From Clostridiaceae bacterium (GTDB taxonomy: Bacteria > Bacillota > Clostridia > DSM-8532), in NCBI GenBank assembly GCA_012522505.1, contig JAAYKJ010000197.1, positions 44 to 64,043 on the forward strand: a stretch of 64,000 nt of DNA, given 5' to 3'. The number at the start of each line of letters is the position of its first letter. Positions within the stretch are counted from its first letter, which is position 1. The notes under the pieces were generated by a model. That model made no database searches. It was given only the letters and a program-made list of their open reading frames with translations, and had not been told where the DNA came from. Below are positions 9,581 through 18,011 of the stretch, in pieces. Both the position numbers and the translations under genes were made by a program.

Positions 9581-10480
9581 ATGCAGGACATTATTAAAAA
9601 AGCCAAGATACTTATAGAAGCTTTGCCTTATATCCAAGCACTGAACGGTAAGACCGTAGTCATTAAATACGGCGGGAACGCCATGATCAGTGAAGAATTA
9701 AAAAATTCGGTCATGGAGGATATAACCCTGTTGAAATATATCGGTGTGAACCCTGTCGTTGTGCATGGAGGCGGTCCGGAAATCTCACGCACACTGAAGC
9801 AGTTGAACATCGAATCAGAGTTTGTTAATGGGCTGCGAAAAACAGACCGTGCCACAATGGAGGTGGCACAAATGGTGCTGGTTGGAAAAACCAACAAGGA
9901 AATTGTATCGCTGATTAACCAAAAGGGTGGGAAAGCGGTTGGAATCTGCGGCATCGATGACGACATGATAGAGTGTAAAAAGTTAACCCTGGACGGAGAA
10001 AACCATGATATTGACTTGGGGTTTGTAGGGGAGATTGTCAATATCAATCCACATATGCTTGAAGTTCTTTCGCATAATGGATATATTCCGGTTGTTGCAC
10101 CAATTGGCGTGGATAAAAATGGCCATAGTTTTAATATCAATGCAGATACGGTCGCAGGCGAATTAGCCGGCGCGCTGAAAGCTGAGAAGCTGATCCTGTT
10201 AACGGATGTTGAAGGTGTGAAATCCTCCAAGGACCAAAAAATAATCAACGCATTGACCATGGATGAAGTACACAATCTGATTCAAGACAATACGGTTAAT
10301 GGCGGGATGATCCCAAAGGTACTGGGATGTGTCCGCGCCCTTGAAAATGGTGTTACCCGCACACATATCATCGATGGAAGGATTCCCCACTGCATCCTTC
10401 TGGAAATTTTCACGAATAAGGGTATCGGAACAATGATCATGAAAGAAAAGGTATTATATTACGATAAGGAACAATTGTGA
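9581..10480 (+). CDS. argB: acetylglutamate kinase
   Basis: 299 aa. Contains [22 protein letters not shown] and the amino-acid-kinase fold signature throughout. Confidence 0.95.
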   Translation: MQDIIKKAKILIEALPYIQALNGKTVVIKYGGNAMISEELKNSVMEDITLLKYIGVNPVVVHGGGPEISRTLKQLNIESEFVNGLRKTDRATMEVAQMVLVGKTNKEIVSLINQKGGKAVGICGIDDDMIECKKLTLDGENHDIDLGFVGEIVNINPHMLEVLSHNGYIPVVAPIGVDKNGHSFNINADTVAGELAGALKAEKLILLTDVEGVKSSKDQKIINALTMDEVHNLIQDNTVNGGMIPKVLGCVRALENGVTRTHIIDGRIPHCILLEIFTNKGIGTMIMKEKVLYYDKEQL

Positions 10481-10523
10481 TCAATCCCAACCCGGCCTGG
10501 CACCACTATACGCTGCGATTATT

Positions 10524-10672
10524 TTATCAAATGCTGCTTCAGCCGGGGATTGAAACCCGTCACTGAAGTATCGGTTCATCCGGCCTGTTCGAGCTCTTTA
10601 GTCCTCGCAGCTAAAAATATACTACCTCTTTTCGTGGCCTTTAGCACACGGGGTCTTAGTAGCATTTGATAA
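10524..10672 (+). repeat. MITE-like dispersed repeat, copy B (complete, 149 bp; reference orientation)
   Basis: Terminal inverted repeats are TTATCAAATGCTGCT and AGTAGCATTTGATAA. It is inserted between the argB stop and the argB terminator, and it aligns with copies A, C and D. Confidence 0.85.
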
Positions 10673-10720
10673 ACTAACTCTTCGCTTTGCTTATGATGGA
10701 ATATACCCTTGCTTATAGCG

Positions 10721-10759
10721 AAAAACCATATCCACATATGAAACGGATATGGTTTTTTT
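10721..10759. terminator. bidirectional rho-independent terminator (argB / convergent membrane protein gene)
   Basis: AAAAACCATATCC-loop-GGATATGGTTTTTTT, an A-run and T-run flanking a 13-bp stem. Confidence 0.75.
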
Positions 10760-10771
10760 GATGTTATCTTC

Positions 10772-11200
10772 CTATGCCGCTCTTCTTTTGCGTATAAAAG
10801 AGGGCACAAGAAACAGCAAACCTACAGCAACAGGGATCAATGAAATTGTTAATAGTTTTTCTATCTGTTCGTAGGTGTTGAAGAAAAAAGTAAAGACAAT
10901 GCCCAGCGTTGTAAAAATGTATCCAGCCGCTACTGGGCGGTTCCAGGAAAGCACCAAAAGGAGAATCATGATAAAGGATGGCAGCATGTGAATGAAAAAA
11001 CCTACCAATTCCTCAATAAAAGGAGCATTACCGGTAAACGCGTCAAGAGAAAACATAGAGAGAAAGGTTATGAATGCGATTATCAAACTTCTTGGTAGCC
11101 AAATAAACCTTACCGTATTGAAAGAAACACGCATAATAATCGTTACATCCTTTTTAATACTTTGCTCTGTACCAGTATATTCCGTTTGTATTCTTTTCAC
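10772..11200 (-). CDS. small integral membrane protein, unknown function
   Basis: ORF track 142 aa with four predicted hydrophobic helices. An alternative start is ATG at 11134. I recognise no family. Confidence 0.55.
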   Translation of the reverse strand: MKRIQTEYTGTEQSIKKDVTIIMRVSFNTVRFIWLPRSLIIAFITFLSMFSLDAFTGNAPFIEELVGFFIHMLPSFIMILLLVLSWNRPVAAGYIFTTLGIVFTFFFNTYEQIEKLLTISLIPVAVGLLFLVPSFIRKRRAA

Positions 11201-11232
11201 TACAGTAATTTTTATCTGTGAAGAATTTCAAT

Positions 11233-11260
11233 GAAAAAAGTAAGGCCGAAGCCTTACTTT
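11233..11260 (-). terminator. rho-independent terminator after the tRNA-Met/tRNA-Glu operon
   Basis: Minus strand reads AAAGTAAGGC-ttcg-GCCTTACTTTTTT. Confidence 0.75.
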
Positions 11261-11262
11261 GC

Positions 11263-11337
11263 TGGTGACCCATGGGGGAATCGAACCCCCGTTACCGCCG
11301 TGAAAGGGCGGTGTCTTGACCGCTTGACCAATGGGCC
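11263..11337 (-). tRNA. tRNA-Glu (anticodon UUC)
   Basis: The reverse complement GGCCCATTGGTCAAGCGGTCAAGACACCGCCCTTTCACGGCGGTAACGGGGGTTCGATTCCCCCATGGGTCACCA folds as a cloverleaf. The anticodon loop is CTTTCAC and CCA is encoded. Confidence 0.95.
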
Positions 11338-11396
11338 ATATCATACAAGAAGTGGGATGCAAGAACGGATCTTACATCTCACTTCCTTTATATACC

Positions 11397-11473
11397 TGGT
11401 AGCGGCGAGTGGGCTCGAACCACCGACACTGCGGGTATGAACCGCATGCTCTGGCCAACTGAGCTACGCCGCC
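11397..11473 (-). tRNA. tRNA-Met, elongator type (anticodon CAU)
   Basis: The reverse complement is GGCGGCGTAGCTCAGTTGGCCAGAGCATGCGGTTCATACCCGCAGTGTCGGTGGTTCGAGCCCACTCGCCGCTACCA. The GGTTCATACCCG anticodon arm resembles elongator Met rather than initiator (no GGG/CCC stem) or Ile2. Confidence 0.9.
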
Positions 11474-11501
11474 ACGCACAAGCGCCTTAAGACGCTTTAC
11501 T

Positions 11502-11530
11502 ATTGTAGCATGGTCATTGTCGTTCGTCAA
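11502..11530 (-). promoter_or_regulatory. sigma-A promoter candidate for the tRNA operon (TTGACG-17-TGcTACAAT)
   Basis: Read on the minus strand; the -10 lies about 25 nt upstream of the tRNA-Met 5' end. Confidence 0.5.
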
Positions 11531-11576
11531 GATCATTCTGAAAAATGGTTTCTGTCAAGCAATTGATATTAATTGA

Positions 11577-11661
11577 AAAAGTAAATTCCACCCCAATTTC
11601 ATAGTTAGCGGAATTTAGTTCTGCAAATTATGAAAAATGAGTACTGTGGAATTTACTTTTG
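11577..11661. repeat. 15-bp perfect inverted repeat (AAAAGTAAATTCCAC / GTGGAATTTACTTTT) separated by 55 nt
   Basis: Seen directly in the sequence. A third GGAATTTA unit lies inside the spacer. It sits between the MetH-like gene stop and the tRNA promoter. Confidence 0.6.
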
Positions 11662-11680
11662 CAAAGTGGAAGTTAACTTT

Positions 11681-13429
11681 TCAATTGACCTTCTTCGACC
11701 CAGCATATGTTTCAATATAGTGATGATTGTTGCGATCTTTGCCTGACAGCGCATCGGATGCTCTTTTTATGTGCATCAGAATATCAGATTTCGGGTTTAA
11801 AAGAGCAGCGGAAAGCCCCTGCGATACCGCCATCGCAAGAAAAGCTGCGTTGAGCCTGCCTCTCTCTGGAAGCCCATACGAGATATCGGACAGCCCGATT
11901 ATGGTATTGGCGCAAAAAACATCATAACTCCAGCGGAATACCTTCAGCGTTTCCAACCAGGCGCTCTGGTCCGATGCTATGCTCGTGATCAGATCGCCAA
12001 CAATAAAATCAGATTTTGTGTAGCCATATTTTTCAGCTTCATGATATACCTTCTGAATCCTCTGTATCTTCTCTTCAGCCGTTCCAGTAACCCCGTCATC
12101 ATCCACAGGCAACAGTATAAATGCAGCGCCATATTTTGCGGCGATTGGGAGAATCTTCTCAAGCTTCATCCTTTCGCATGAGATCGAATTGACCAACGCC
12201 CGGCCGGGATAAATTCGTAAAGCAGACTCCAACGCTTCCGGGGAAGACGAATCCAGGCACAGTGGAACCTGTACTACGCCAGTTAAAGCCGATACCATAT
12301 CCGTCAAGCCCTTTACCTCATCCATATCCTCGGCTTTGGCATTCACATTCAGAACCAGCGCACCCTCATCAACCTGTTCCATGGCATATTCGGTTACCAA
12401 CTCCATGGATCCTTCCTTCAGTTCCTCCTGTAGCTCTTTTCTTTCAGCTGGATGAATTTGTCCGACCACACAAACCGGTAGGCTCCTATCGATTAATACT
12501 GTCTGCCGGGATGAGGAAAGCATTAATGCTTCGTTCATATTTCCCGACTTTTGACTGTTTTGGCCCGTTGTGATACGGGAAATTTTACGGATAAATTCCG
12601 GTGTTGTTCCACAGCATCCTCCCAACATACTTATTCCGGCGTCAACAAAATCCTGTGTGTAGGATGCGAATTCATCCGCATCCATGTCAAATTCGGTTCT
12701 GCCATCGACAAGCTTCGGTATCCCGGCATTGGGTTTTGCCACCAGGGGAACTTTCGCGTACGGTTCTAGTTTTTTTATGATCTCCAGCATTTCTTTCGGA
12801 CCCGTGGAGCAATTGCACCCAACAGCATCCGCACCCATGCTTTGGAGGGTAACCAGTGCGGTCAGCGGATCGGTTCCGTTTATTGTATGACCTCCTTTTT
12901 CGAAGGTCATCGTAACAATCACTGGCAGGCTGCAGCTTTCCTTTACTGCCAGGAGGGCCGCCCTTGCTTCCTGGATATCCATCATCGTTTCTATGACAAA
13001 CAGATCTACACCGCCCGCAAGAAGTCCTTTCACCTGTTCCTTATAGATATTTACAATCTCCTCAAAACGATATAGGCCAAAAGGCTCCATCAACTGTCCG
13101 GTTGGAGCGATATCCCCCGCCACCAGTGCTTTCCCGGCAGCGGCTTCCTTTGAGGTCTGTGCCAGTTTTCGGTTTATCCCTACCACATCGTCGATCCCGA
13201 ATTCCTTGAGCCTCAAGCCGTTCCCACCCAAGGTACAGGTATATATAATATCGGAGCCGCTTTCAATATACTCTCTTTGAATCCTTTTAATGGCATCCGG
13301 ATTATCGTATACCCATTTTTCCGGGCACGCACCCAATGGCATCCCCAGTTTTTGAAGCTCTGTTCCCGTTGCCCCATCTAATATCCGTATGCTTTTATTT
13401 ACCCATTCCCTGAATTGCTGCCTGGTCAT
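11681..13429 (-). CDS. homocysteine S-methyltransferase + pterin-binding modules (MetH-like, no cobalamin-binding domain)
   Basis: The N-terminal Hcy-binding barrel has GCNCSTGP and GGCCGTTPEFI (zinc Cys). The C-terminal half is a pterin-binding domain (LVLNVNA, PLCLDSS, VNSIS, GLSDISYGLP). GGGAGG-7nt-ATG at 13429 is preferred over the ORF-track start at 13549. Confidence 0.85.
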   Translation of the reverse strand: MTRQQFREWVNKSIRILDGATGTELQKLGMPLGACPEKWVYDNPDAIKRIQREYIESGSDIIYTCTLGGNGLRLKEFGIDDVVGINRKLAQTSKEAAAGKALVAGDIAPTGQLMEPFGLYRFEEIVNIYKEQVKGLLAGGVDLFVIETMMDIQEARAALLAVKESCSLPVIVTMTFEKGGHTINGTDPLTALVTLQSMGADAVGCNCSTGPKEMLEIIKKLEPYAKVPLVAKPNAGIPKLVDGRTEFDMDADEFASYTQDFVDAGISMLGGCCGTTPEFIRKISRITTGQNSQKSGNMNEALMLSSSRQTVLIDRSLPVCVVGQIHPAERKELQEELKEGSMELVTEYAMEQVDEGALVLNVNAKAEDMDEVKGLTDMVSALTGVVQVPLCLDSSSPEALESALRIYPGRALVNSISCERMKLEKILPIAAKYGAAFILLPVDDDGVTGTAEEKIQRIQKVYHEAEKYGYTKSDFIVGDLITSIASDQSAWLETLKVFRWSYDVFCANTIIGLSDISYGLPERGRLNAAFLAMAVSQGLSAALLNPKSDILMHIKRASDALSGKDRNNHHYIETYAGSKKVN

Positions 13430-13463
13430 TTTTATTCCTCCCACACTGGTCTTCTCAAGTTTC

Positions 13464-13524
13464 AAAAACAACACCATTCCTTTTTCGTTGTCCACAAACG
13501 CAGCCACTGTTCGGTAAAGGAATG
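13464..13524 (-). promoter_or_regulatory. terminator-like hairpin in the 5' leader of the MetH-like gene (possible attenuator)
   Basis: Minus strand reads CATTCCTTT-32nt-AAAGGAATG followed by GTGTTGTTTTT, about 35 nt before the RBS. Confidence 0.3.
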
Positions 13525-13629
13525 CTTTTATTTTACCATATGTAGCCATCTTCTTTCAACTACAATTATTTTATGTCTATATTCTTTTATTTATTTCTGG
13601 AATATTGAAACTTACGTTTTTATCGGTAT

Positions 13630-13658
13630 AAAAAAGCCCTACCCGTTCAGGTAAGGCT
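13630..13658 (-). terminator. rho-independent terminator after ftsH
   Basis: Minus strand reads AGCCTTACC-tgaacg-GGTAGGGCTTTTTT. Confidence 0.7.
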
Positions 13659-13686
13659 TGATTGTAACTGTATGCATCTTGAAGGT

Positions 13687-15555
13687 TCACTCTTGCAAGT
13701 CAGGGTTCTCTTCCTCATTATTTTCCTCGGGAACATAACCCTCTGTAAAGATCTTTTCGAACTCAAACCCTTCCAGTCGCTCCTTATCAAGTAAGGCCTG
13801 CGCAACATCGTGCAGACGTTGCATGTTCTCGTTCAATATGGTTTTAATTCTGGCATATTGTTCATCGATGATTTTCTTTACTTCCACGTCAATCTTTGAG
13901 GACATCTCTTCGCTGAAGTTCTTTGCATGTCCGTAGCTTTTCCCCAAAAAGATTTCATCACTTTCATCGCCAAAGAACAAGTTTTCAAGGCTCTCACTCA
14001 TACCATATTTTGTGATCATATCACGAGCGATACGGTTGGCATGCTTCAAGTCACCGTATGCACCTGTGGAAATCTCACCCAGCACCAGTTCTTCCGCAGC
14101 ACGCCCTCCCAGAGCGATAACAATATCTTCAAGTAGTTGTGATTTCGTCTGGTAGGAAATATCCTCATCGGGTTTGTGGGCAGTATACCCACCAGCCCTT
14201 CCAGATGGAATAATGGAAACCCGGTCCACCTTGTTCGTTGTGGAGGCCACTCTGACACCAATCGCATGCCCAGCCTCGTGGTATGCGGTGAGTTTCTTTT
14301 CCTTATCGCTCATCACCCGGCTCTTCTTTTCCGGACCCACAACCACTTTAAAGGTTGCTTCCTTAATTTCATTCATGGAGATTTCTTTTTTCCCTTTCCT
14401 GGCAGCCAGCAGGGCTGATTCATTCAGCAGGTTCTCCAGATCGGCTCCTGTAAAGCCAGGAGTGCTTTTTGCAAGTTCCTTCAGATCCACGTCCTCACCA
14501 AGTGGCTTTCCACGGGAATGCACTTTCAGTATCTCTTCGCGGCCTTTAATATCGGGAAGGCCAACCACAACCCGCCTGTCAAAGCGCCCCGGACGTAACA
14601 ACGCTGGATCCAGAATATCTGGACGGTTGGTTGCCGCCAGAATAATAACACCTTCGTTCACACCAAAGCCATCCATCTCTACGAGCAGCTGATTCAGTGT
14701 CTGCTCCCTCTCATCATGGCCACCGCCTAGCCCTGCGCCACGATGACGGCCTACCGCATCAATTTCATCAATGAATATGATACAGGGTGCGTTCTTTTTC
14801 GCCTGTTCGAACAGATCACGCACACGGGATGCACCAACACCGACAAACATTTCCACGAAATCCGAACCGCTGATAGAGAAAAATGGTACTCCTGCTTCAC
14901 CGGATACAGCCTTTGCCAGAAGCGTTTTACCGGTACCGGGAGGCCCAACAAGAAGAACACCCTTCGGAATTCTGGCGCCAAGTTCAACAAACTTTCTGGG
15001 CTCTTTCAGAAACTCCACAATTTCCATCAGATCTTCTTTTTCTTCGTCTGCACCAGCAACATCATCAAATCTGACCTTCATTTTATCTTCTGATGCCATT
15101 CTGGCCTTGCTTTTGCCGAAAGACATGACCCTACTTCCGCCACCGCCCTGAGACTGTTGGATAAAGAAGACCCAGAACAGAATGAACAATGCGACAACTA
15201 CCAATGTAGGCAGGATGGTCAGCCACCAAGGCGGCCTTGCCTCCTGCGGATAGTTAACATCGTTCAAAAGACCTTTGTCCATTGCATCATCAATAAGCCC
15301 AGTGACGTGTTCCGTAGATAGAAAGCTGGTTCTATAAACAACATTTTCTTTTAACTCCCCCGAAGGCCTTGCAAGAATGACCTTCGCATCCAGCCCCTGA
15401 ACCTGCAGGCTTTTGATATTACCGGCATACAGTTCATTTTTAAACTGGCTGTATTTCAGAACCAGTGGACTATTGAAATCACTCCACATCGCAATGATAA
15501 TAAAAATGATAACAATCAATATAATATAGAAACTAATTCCCCTTACATTTTTCAA
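13687..15555 (-). CDS. ftsH: ATP-dependent zinc metalloprotease FtsH
   Basis: 622 aa with two N-terminal TM helices, AAA+ Walker [12 protein letters not shown] and the HEAGH zinc site. TTG start preceded by GGGAGG. Confidence 0.97.
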   Translation of the reverse strand: MKNVRGISFYIILIVIIFIIIAMWSDFNSPLVLKYSQFKNELYAGNIKSLQVQGLDAKVILARPSGELKENVVYRTSFLSTEHVTGLIDDAMDKGLLNDVNYPQEARPPWWLTILPTLVVVALFILFWVFFIQQSQGGGGSRVMSFGKSKARMASEDKMKVRFDDVAGADEEKEDLMEIVEFLKEPRKFVELGARIPKGVLLVGPPGTGKTLLAKAVSGEAGVPFFSISGSDFVEMFVGVGASRVRDLFEQAKKNAPCIIFIDEIDAVGRHRGAGLGGGHDEREQTLNQLLVEMDGFGVNEGVIILAATNRPDILDPALLRPGRFDRRVVVGLPDIKGREEILKVHSRGKPLGEDVDLKELAKSTPGFTGADLENLLNESALLAARKGKKEISMNEIKEATFKVVVGPEKKSRVMSDKEKKLTAYHEAGHAIGVRVASTTNKVDRVSIIPSGRAGGYTAHKPDEDISYQTKSQLLEDIVIALGGRAAEELVLGEISTGAYGDLKHANRIARDMITKYGMSESLENLFFGDESDEIFLGKSYGHAKNFSEEMSSKIDVEVKKIIDEQYARIKTILNENMQRLHDVAQALLDKERLEGFEFEKIFTEGYVPEENNEEENPDLQE

Positions 15556-15651
15556 TGAGCCAACCTCCCGTCAGCAAAATACCTCATATCGGTATGCTGA
15601 TGCTGTTATTTTTCGCAAAAACAGCTAAATTCATAACCGCTAAAAACTTCC

Positions 15652-15804
15652 CATCAAACTGCTGAATACTCAACTTCTATGAGTGACTTGTATCGTAAAC
15701 TGGTATTGCCGGTAGGTCACGAATGACTAACGTATATTTTAAGCCGACAACTCCTTCGTTCTTCGCTTGGTAGGGGTTGAAGCCGCCGAAGCCACAGATT
15801 CATA
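15652..15804 (-). repeat. degenerate copy (H) of the MITE-like repeat in the hpt-ftsH spacer
   Basis: The core GGTCACGAATGACTAACGTATATTTTAAGCCGAC matches reverse-complemented copy B (GGCCACGAAAAGAGGTAGTATATTTTTAGCTGCG). The ends CATCAAACTGCT and GAAGCCACAGATTCATA weakly resemble the TIRs. Confidence 0.35.
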
Positions 15805-15963
15805 TTGTAGTATAAAAGTTGCATACATATTTTACTTTGTAAAACGTATCGTGTTCAGCTACAGCAGAACAGGTTTGCGGCAAGTTGTATACTAATCGAA
15901 TCATCTGGAAAACCCTGCCTTCACTTTTAGTTATATTAGCATAAAACCTTTTAAAACACAACG

Positions 15964-16482
15964 TCAGTTTTCCAAAACCACACAAACCTCTGGAAGGTTT
16001 CTGTACTTCCCAGCCCAATCCAAACCATACCCTACGACAAATTCATCTGGGATGACAATTCCGGAATAATCCACCTTCAAATCAACTTTACGGCGATCCG
16101 GTTTATCCATGATTGCCGCAAGCTTGACATTGGCACAGCCCTTAGAATTGAACAAGCCCTTTAGATAATTCAGTGTCAGACCGGTGTCGATCAGATCTTC
16201 AACAATCAACACATGCTTACCTGTAACATCGGTATCAATATCCTTAATGATCCGAACAACACCAGAAGACTCCGTGGAACTTCCATAGCTGGATACTGAT
16301 ATGAACTCAATGGTCAGATCCATATCTATTTTCCTTGCAAGATCTGCAAGAAAAATAAAACCACCCTTTAAGACACCAACCAGAACCAGTTCCTTGCCTT
16401 GGTAATCGCGGGTTATTCTTTGAGCAAGTTCACTGGTCTTTTCTTCGAGCTGTTCTTTTGATACCAATACCTTTAATTTCAT
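15964..16482 (-). CDS. hpt: hypoxanthine phosphoribosyltransferase
   Basis: PRPP-binding motif VLIVEDLIDTGLTL. GGAGG-8nt-ATG at 16482 (the ORF track begins at 16509). Conserved tilS-hpt-ftsH order. Confidence 0.95.
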   Translation of the reverse strand: MKLKVLVSKEQLEEKTSELAQRITRDYQGKELVLVGVLKGGFIFLADLARKIDMDLTIEFISVSSYGSSTESSGVVRIIKDIDTDVTGKHVLIVEDLIDTGLTLNYLKGLFNSKGCANVKLAAIMDKPDRRKVDLKVDYSGIVIPDEFVVGYGLDWAGKYRNLPEVCVVLEN

Positions 16483-16539
16483 GATCTGTTCCTCCAAATT
16501 GTTGATCATAACATCCGTTCACTTTGTCATGGTAAAAAT

Positions 16540-18003
16540 TCAGGTGGCGTGCTCTTCCATAACAGTCACCCTGACAGAAAGAACCGTCCCTGTATTTTCA
16601 CAAACGCAATAATTTTCTGCTGTTCTCAAACCTATTACCCATATTATATCGTTATTAACCGCAAGTAAAGGGATTCTTTCTCTTTCGTTCCGGGGGATCT
16701 TCTGATCAATAAAGAACTCCTTTAGTTTCTTGCTTCCGGGGCTGTTGAATGGGAAAAAAATATCACCGGGCAATCTGTTTCTTATAACGAGAGAAGCATT
16801 GTGCCGCATCTCCGCTTTATTTATTCCCTCTCTTATCTTGTCATAATCAAAGATTTGGTGTAGTTTTCTTTCCTCTGGTTTTTCAATGCTTCCAAAACAG
16901 CTTTTATAGTCGTCTGTTGAATGCAAAGACATATCAATGCAAACTCCAAGATCGTGCAGCTCGACCGAGGACGGTATGCAGACCGGAAAGAAAAAGGATG
17001 TGTTCTCTTCCCTTCGTTTCCTTGTAATAAGAAGCCGTTCGTATTCAACAACTGCACGGATACCTTTTGGAAATGCGATGGACTTGCCCGAACCCTTCCT
17101 GTCCGATAACTTCATAACTGCAGCAATATGCTTTTCTTCAAGCCCTGCCATGCTCCCGGTTATTTCCTCCCACGCCATGCGAATACATCTTCCTGCCATA
17201 GAAGGGTGTAATGCATTGAAACTTTGCCTTTTAAATGCAACTGTGTTTTTGTCCCTTTCAACAACTAAGGCATGATAGTGCTTATCAGCTGCCTGACACA
17301 GATAATCCCTATCAGTCTTTAACAACCTTGAAGCTCTTATCAGCGATGCTGCTACCGGGTACCCTGTTTTTGCCTGTATCAGCGGAAAAAGTTCATTCCT
17401 AACCGTATTCCTGATATAAGAATTGTCTTGATTACTGCTGTCAGTACGGTATTGAAGATGGTTTTTTTGAATATAAGCTTCGATCTCACGTTGGCTGATT
17501 CCCAGAAAAGGCCGGATTATGTTACATGAAACCTCTTCCATCCCGCACAGGCCTTCAATCCCGCTACCTCGCAGCAGGTGAAGAAAAACCGTTTCGGCTT
17601 GATCTGCCTCGTGATGGGCAACAGCAATATAAGATGCGCCAACTTCCTCCATCACATGGCGGAAATGATTATACCGAATGATCCTCCCCGCTTCTTCGAC
17701 CGAGCAACCTCTTTCTTTTGAAAAAGCACCCACATCCTCCCTGAAGACCTGAAGCGGGATCTGCCAGCAGGAACACAAATCCCTGACGAAGCTTTCATCG
17801 TCATTTGATTCAGTTCCCCGCAACATATGATTGATATGAACTGCAAAAACAGAAAAAGAGCGGGTTTTCGAGAGACTACGCAACACATGCAGAAGGCAGA
17901 CCGAATCTGCACCGCCGGAAACCCCCACAACAACGGAAGTATCCGGCAGTAAAACATGCTTCTTATCTGCCCATAAATCAATTCTCTCTAAAAGGTTTCT
18001 CAT
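16540..18003 (-). CDS. tilS: tRNA(Ile)-lysidine synthetase
   Basis: PP-loop VGVSGGADS near the N-terminus and a TilS C-terminal domain. The ORF-track start at 18060 would overlap dnaB, so ATG at 18003 is preferred, but the start remains uncertain. Confidence 0.9.
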   Translation of the reverse strand: MRNLLERIDLWADKKHVLLPDTSVVVGVSGGADSVCLLHVLRSLSKTRSFSVFAVHINHMLRGTESNDDESFVRDLCSCWQIPLQVFREDVGAFSKERGCSVEEAGRIIRYNHFRHVMEEVGASYIAVAHHEADQAETVFLHLLRGSGIEGLCGMEEVSCNIIRPFLGISQREIEAYIQKNHLQYRTDSSNQDNSYIRNTVRNELFPLIQAKTGYPVAASLIRASRLLKTDRDYLCQAADKHYHALVVERDKNTVAFKRQSFNALHPSMAGRCIRMAWEEITGSMAGLEEKHIAAVMKLSDRKGSGKSIAFPKGIRAVVEYERLLITRKRREENTSFFFPVCIPSSVELHDLGVCIDMSLHSTDDYKSCFGSIEKPEERKLHQIFDYDKIREGINKAEMRHNASLVIRNRLPGDIFFPFNSPGSKKLKEFFIDQKIPRNERERIPLLAVNNDIIWVIGLRTAENYCVCENTGTVLSVRVTVMEEHAT

Positions 18004-18011
18004 GCGCTGAA

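Noticed and set aside
9628-10275. Long antisense ORFs inside well-supported genes (9628..10275 in argB, 8538..9182 in msmX, 14174..14692 in ftsH, 23521..24099 in the P-type ATPase, 32506..33210 in the activase, 18445..18897 in dnaB, 47386..47691 in the DUF4097 gene)
   Set aside because: Their products are low-complexity, Ser/Pro/Cys-rich and resemble no known family. They mirror the codon structure of the genuine gene on the opposite strand.
10576-10809. 77-aa ORF (and the similar 20483..20665 and 48402..48650 ORFs) as small conserved proteins, because they share peptides such as MLLRPR.LKAT..GS
   Set aside because: The shared peptide is a by-product of nucleotide conservation of the repeat element. 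The frames have no RBS, end at different places, and run through terminator hairpins.
13430-13690. An S-box (SAM-I) or T-box riboswitch in front of the MetH-like gene
   Set aside because: I could not find the conserved S-box elements (for example the GAGGGA...GCCC kink-turn/pseudoknot core) or a T-box/specifier arrangement. The leader is too short and AT-rich. Only a bare terminator-like hairpin is visible.
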